A stretch of DNA of 64,000 nt from assembly GCA_053919585.1 (NCBI GenBank), contig CM132783.1. One strand, written 5' to 3'. How positions within the stretch are numbered: the first letter of the stretch is position 1; each line of letters opens with the position of its first letter. This document shows, in pieces, positions 62,037-64,000 of the stretch. The notes under the pieces are model-generated. The model was not told the origin of the DNA. It saw nothing but the letters and a program-made list of their open reading frames with translations, and made no database searches. Both the position numbers and the translations under genes were made by a program. This DNA is from Euprymna scolopes (taxonomy: Eukaryota).

Positions 62037-64000
62037 TGTTGCCATGAAGAAAGCGCTTCTTGGCCAAAAATTTAAATCCGGCTAGGGGGCTAAGAGTCCC
62101 CCGAATTGAGAGATCCAAACACTGCCGAAGGATCTCATGCAGCAGCAGCAATAGTTCCAGCAGCAGTAATTCAAAGAGCCCTTTTCAGGGCTAGCTTCCT
62201 ACGAAAGACCTTCCCCTTTGCTTTACTGCCTGTCAGCTATTGCAACTTCCAGCTTCTACAGCCTCAACTTCCTGCATCTCCTGCCTGCAGCCTTCAGCTT
62301 CCTGCATCTCCTGTGCACAGCCTCAGCTTCCTGCGACTCCTGCCTGCAATACCCAGCCTTCTTCCGATGCAGCTCGGTTCTGCTTTGCAGTCTGCTGCCT
62401 CCCTGTTCCAGTCCCGGACGTCATTCCTAGACCGCTCCAGTGTCTAGGCCCCCGGTTCCTGTCCGATCCAGACCAGGTCAAGACTCTAGACCATCCTAAC
62501 GTCTAGTCTCTAGTTCCTGATGTCCAGCCAATCAATCCAGACTAGGAAGAGGACTCTAGACCACCCTAACATCTAGGTTCTCGTTCCTGATTCCTGATCC
62601 AGACTACCCGTACGGCCAGCTGACTACTCCAACGTCCAGCAGACCAGTTCCTGAGAACAACTCTCATTCAGACCATATTTATTTTCTGACAAATAAAAAG
62701 GTGATCTTTCGTCCTTTAAACGAACATTCTGTGTCTGTCATTCTTCTTTGCCTATTCACTATTTTTCTGCCTGCGTCTGCCTTCATAAAGTTGTTGAATC
62801 GATTGTCTCTGGATGAACGGCCCCACAACAAGTGGTGACCCCAACGTGATCTCCAACATGGGCTGGCAGAAGGCACTGAAGAATCCGAAATCAACTCATC
62901 AGCTCCTTTCATCCAACTACCACCAGGAGTTGGTTCATTCAACTTGAGGCGATATTTGCATCCAGGAGAGTCACACGCCAGGACACTAAATATGCCTCGC
63001 TAGTACAGGCTCTACCTTCAACCGTCATGGAAGAAGTGGAGGACATCCTAATGAACACACCCGAACGTCTCCCATACACCCACCTCAAAGATGCCATCCT
63101 CAAGCGGACAGGCTGCTCAGATGAAGATCTCATCAGAGACCTATTTTCTCACGTGTCTCTGGGTGACAGAACTCCATCCAGCTCTGGCGGCTTATGAAGA
63201 GTCGCCTCGGAAACAACACCATGGCCGAGCCTATCCTCCAAGACCTGTGGATGGATCGGTTTCTCTGAAACATTACACAAGTCCTGGCCCTCGTACCAAT
63301 AGAAACTCCCTGGAAGTGGTGACCGATTCGGCAAACAAGGTTTATTCCCGGGGTCATGAAAGAGTCCACCAAGTGGACAACACCCACGAAAGCGTCCACC
63401 AAGTGGAAAAGACCCACTGAAGAGACCACCAAGGTGACAACAACCCACAAAATCTTGCACAGCGTTTTGAAGAGGAGATGGCTCAGATGAGAGCCAAATT
63501 CCACGACCTGATACTCGCCTTACTCCAGAGGCGACGAAGCGCAGACGCCAATACTCGTGGTCGAAGCCCAGCACCACACAGACATTATAGAAGCCGTACC
63601 CGCAGTTCAAGTCAGGGACGGGGGCTATAACCCTAAAGAATGCTGGTACCATCAACGATTCAGGGACCAAGCCTGCAAGTGTCAACCTCCCTGCACGCAC
63701 CAAAGGACACAGGGAAATGAATAAGCCAGCAGGCAGCGGCAATGACCCCTGCTGGTACACACATGCATAGCCGTCTTTTTTATGTGTGGGACAATAATGG
63801 CCTAAGATTCTTAGGTGACACTGGTGCAGCCATCAGCGTTATACCACCCACCAACAAGTCAACCTTAAGACCCGCCCCATTTCAACTTTGGGCAGCAAAC
63901 GGTTCCATTATAGAAACCTATGGGAACAAAGAATTAACACTAAACATTAACCTCAGGTGTGACCTCAAGTGGTCGTTCACCGTGGCAAATGTCAAGACCC
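62037..64000 (+). mobile_element. 5' part of a CsRn1/Kabuki-like Gypsy element: LTR, tRNA-Trp PBS, frameshifted gag, protease
   Basis: LTR TGTTG..CAACA at 62037-62830 with internal 29-30-bp tandem repeats; gag WFIQLEAIF..TKY..LP; protease FLGDTGAAISVIP. Confidence 0.88.
62833..62850 (+). promoter_or_regulatory. Primer-binding site complementary to the 3' end of tRNA-Trp
   Basis: TGGTGACCCCAACGTGAT, 2 nt after the LTR; matches the recalled TGGTGACCCCGACGTGAT at 17 of 18 positions. Confidence 0.85.

Noticed and set aside
62259-62600. CRISPR-like repeats or Pro/Ala/Ser-rich protein ORFs
   Set aside because: Contiguous tandem repeats without unique spacers inside a Gypsy LTR, in a eukaryotic context.

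Overview
AT-rich animal (invertebrate-like) genomic DNA, not prokaryotic. The only host gene I can support is the 3' end of a beta-ureidopropionase (UPB1) gene on the + strand. Its penultimate exon is at 22240-22326 and its last coding exon at 34906-34989; both are missed by the ORF track. Almost everything else is decayed or nested transposable elements: five I-group LINEs (APE-RT-RNase H; four form a head-to-tail array at 1-21.5 kb), four Gypsy LTR elements plus solo/partial LTRs, a young near-intact BEL/Pao element, Penelope-like elements with hammerhead motifs, CR1-group LINE fragments, a Chapaev3 relic, a CACTA-type non-autonomous element, a MITE and a Helitron Rep fragment. Most notable observations: (1) two unrelated LTR elements (a Gypsy and the BEL/Pao) lack a tRNA primer-binding site and instead have a PBS-position sequence complementary to their own LTR, suggesting Tf1-like self-priming; (2) a palindromic short element combines a tRNA-derived Pol III head with a hammerhead ribozyme; (3) the LINEs are chained directly onto each other's microsatellite tails; (4) TE orientation is strongly biased to the + strand across the window. 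All family assignments come from motif recognition, not database searches.
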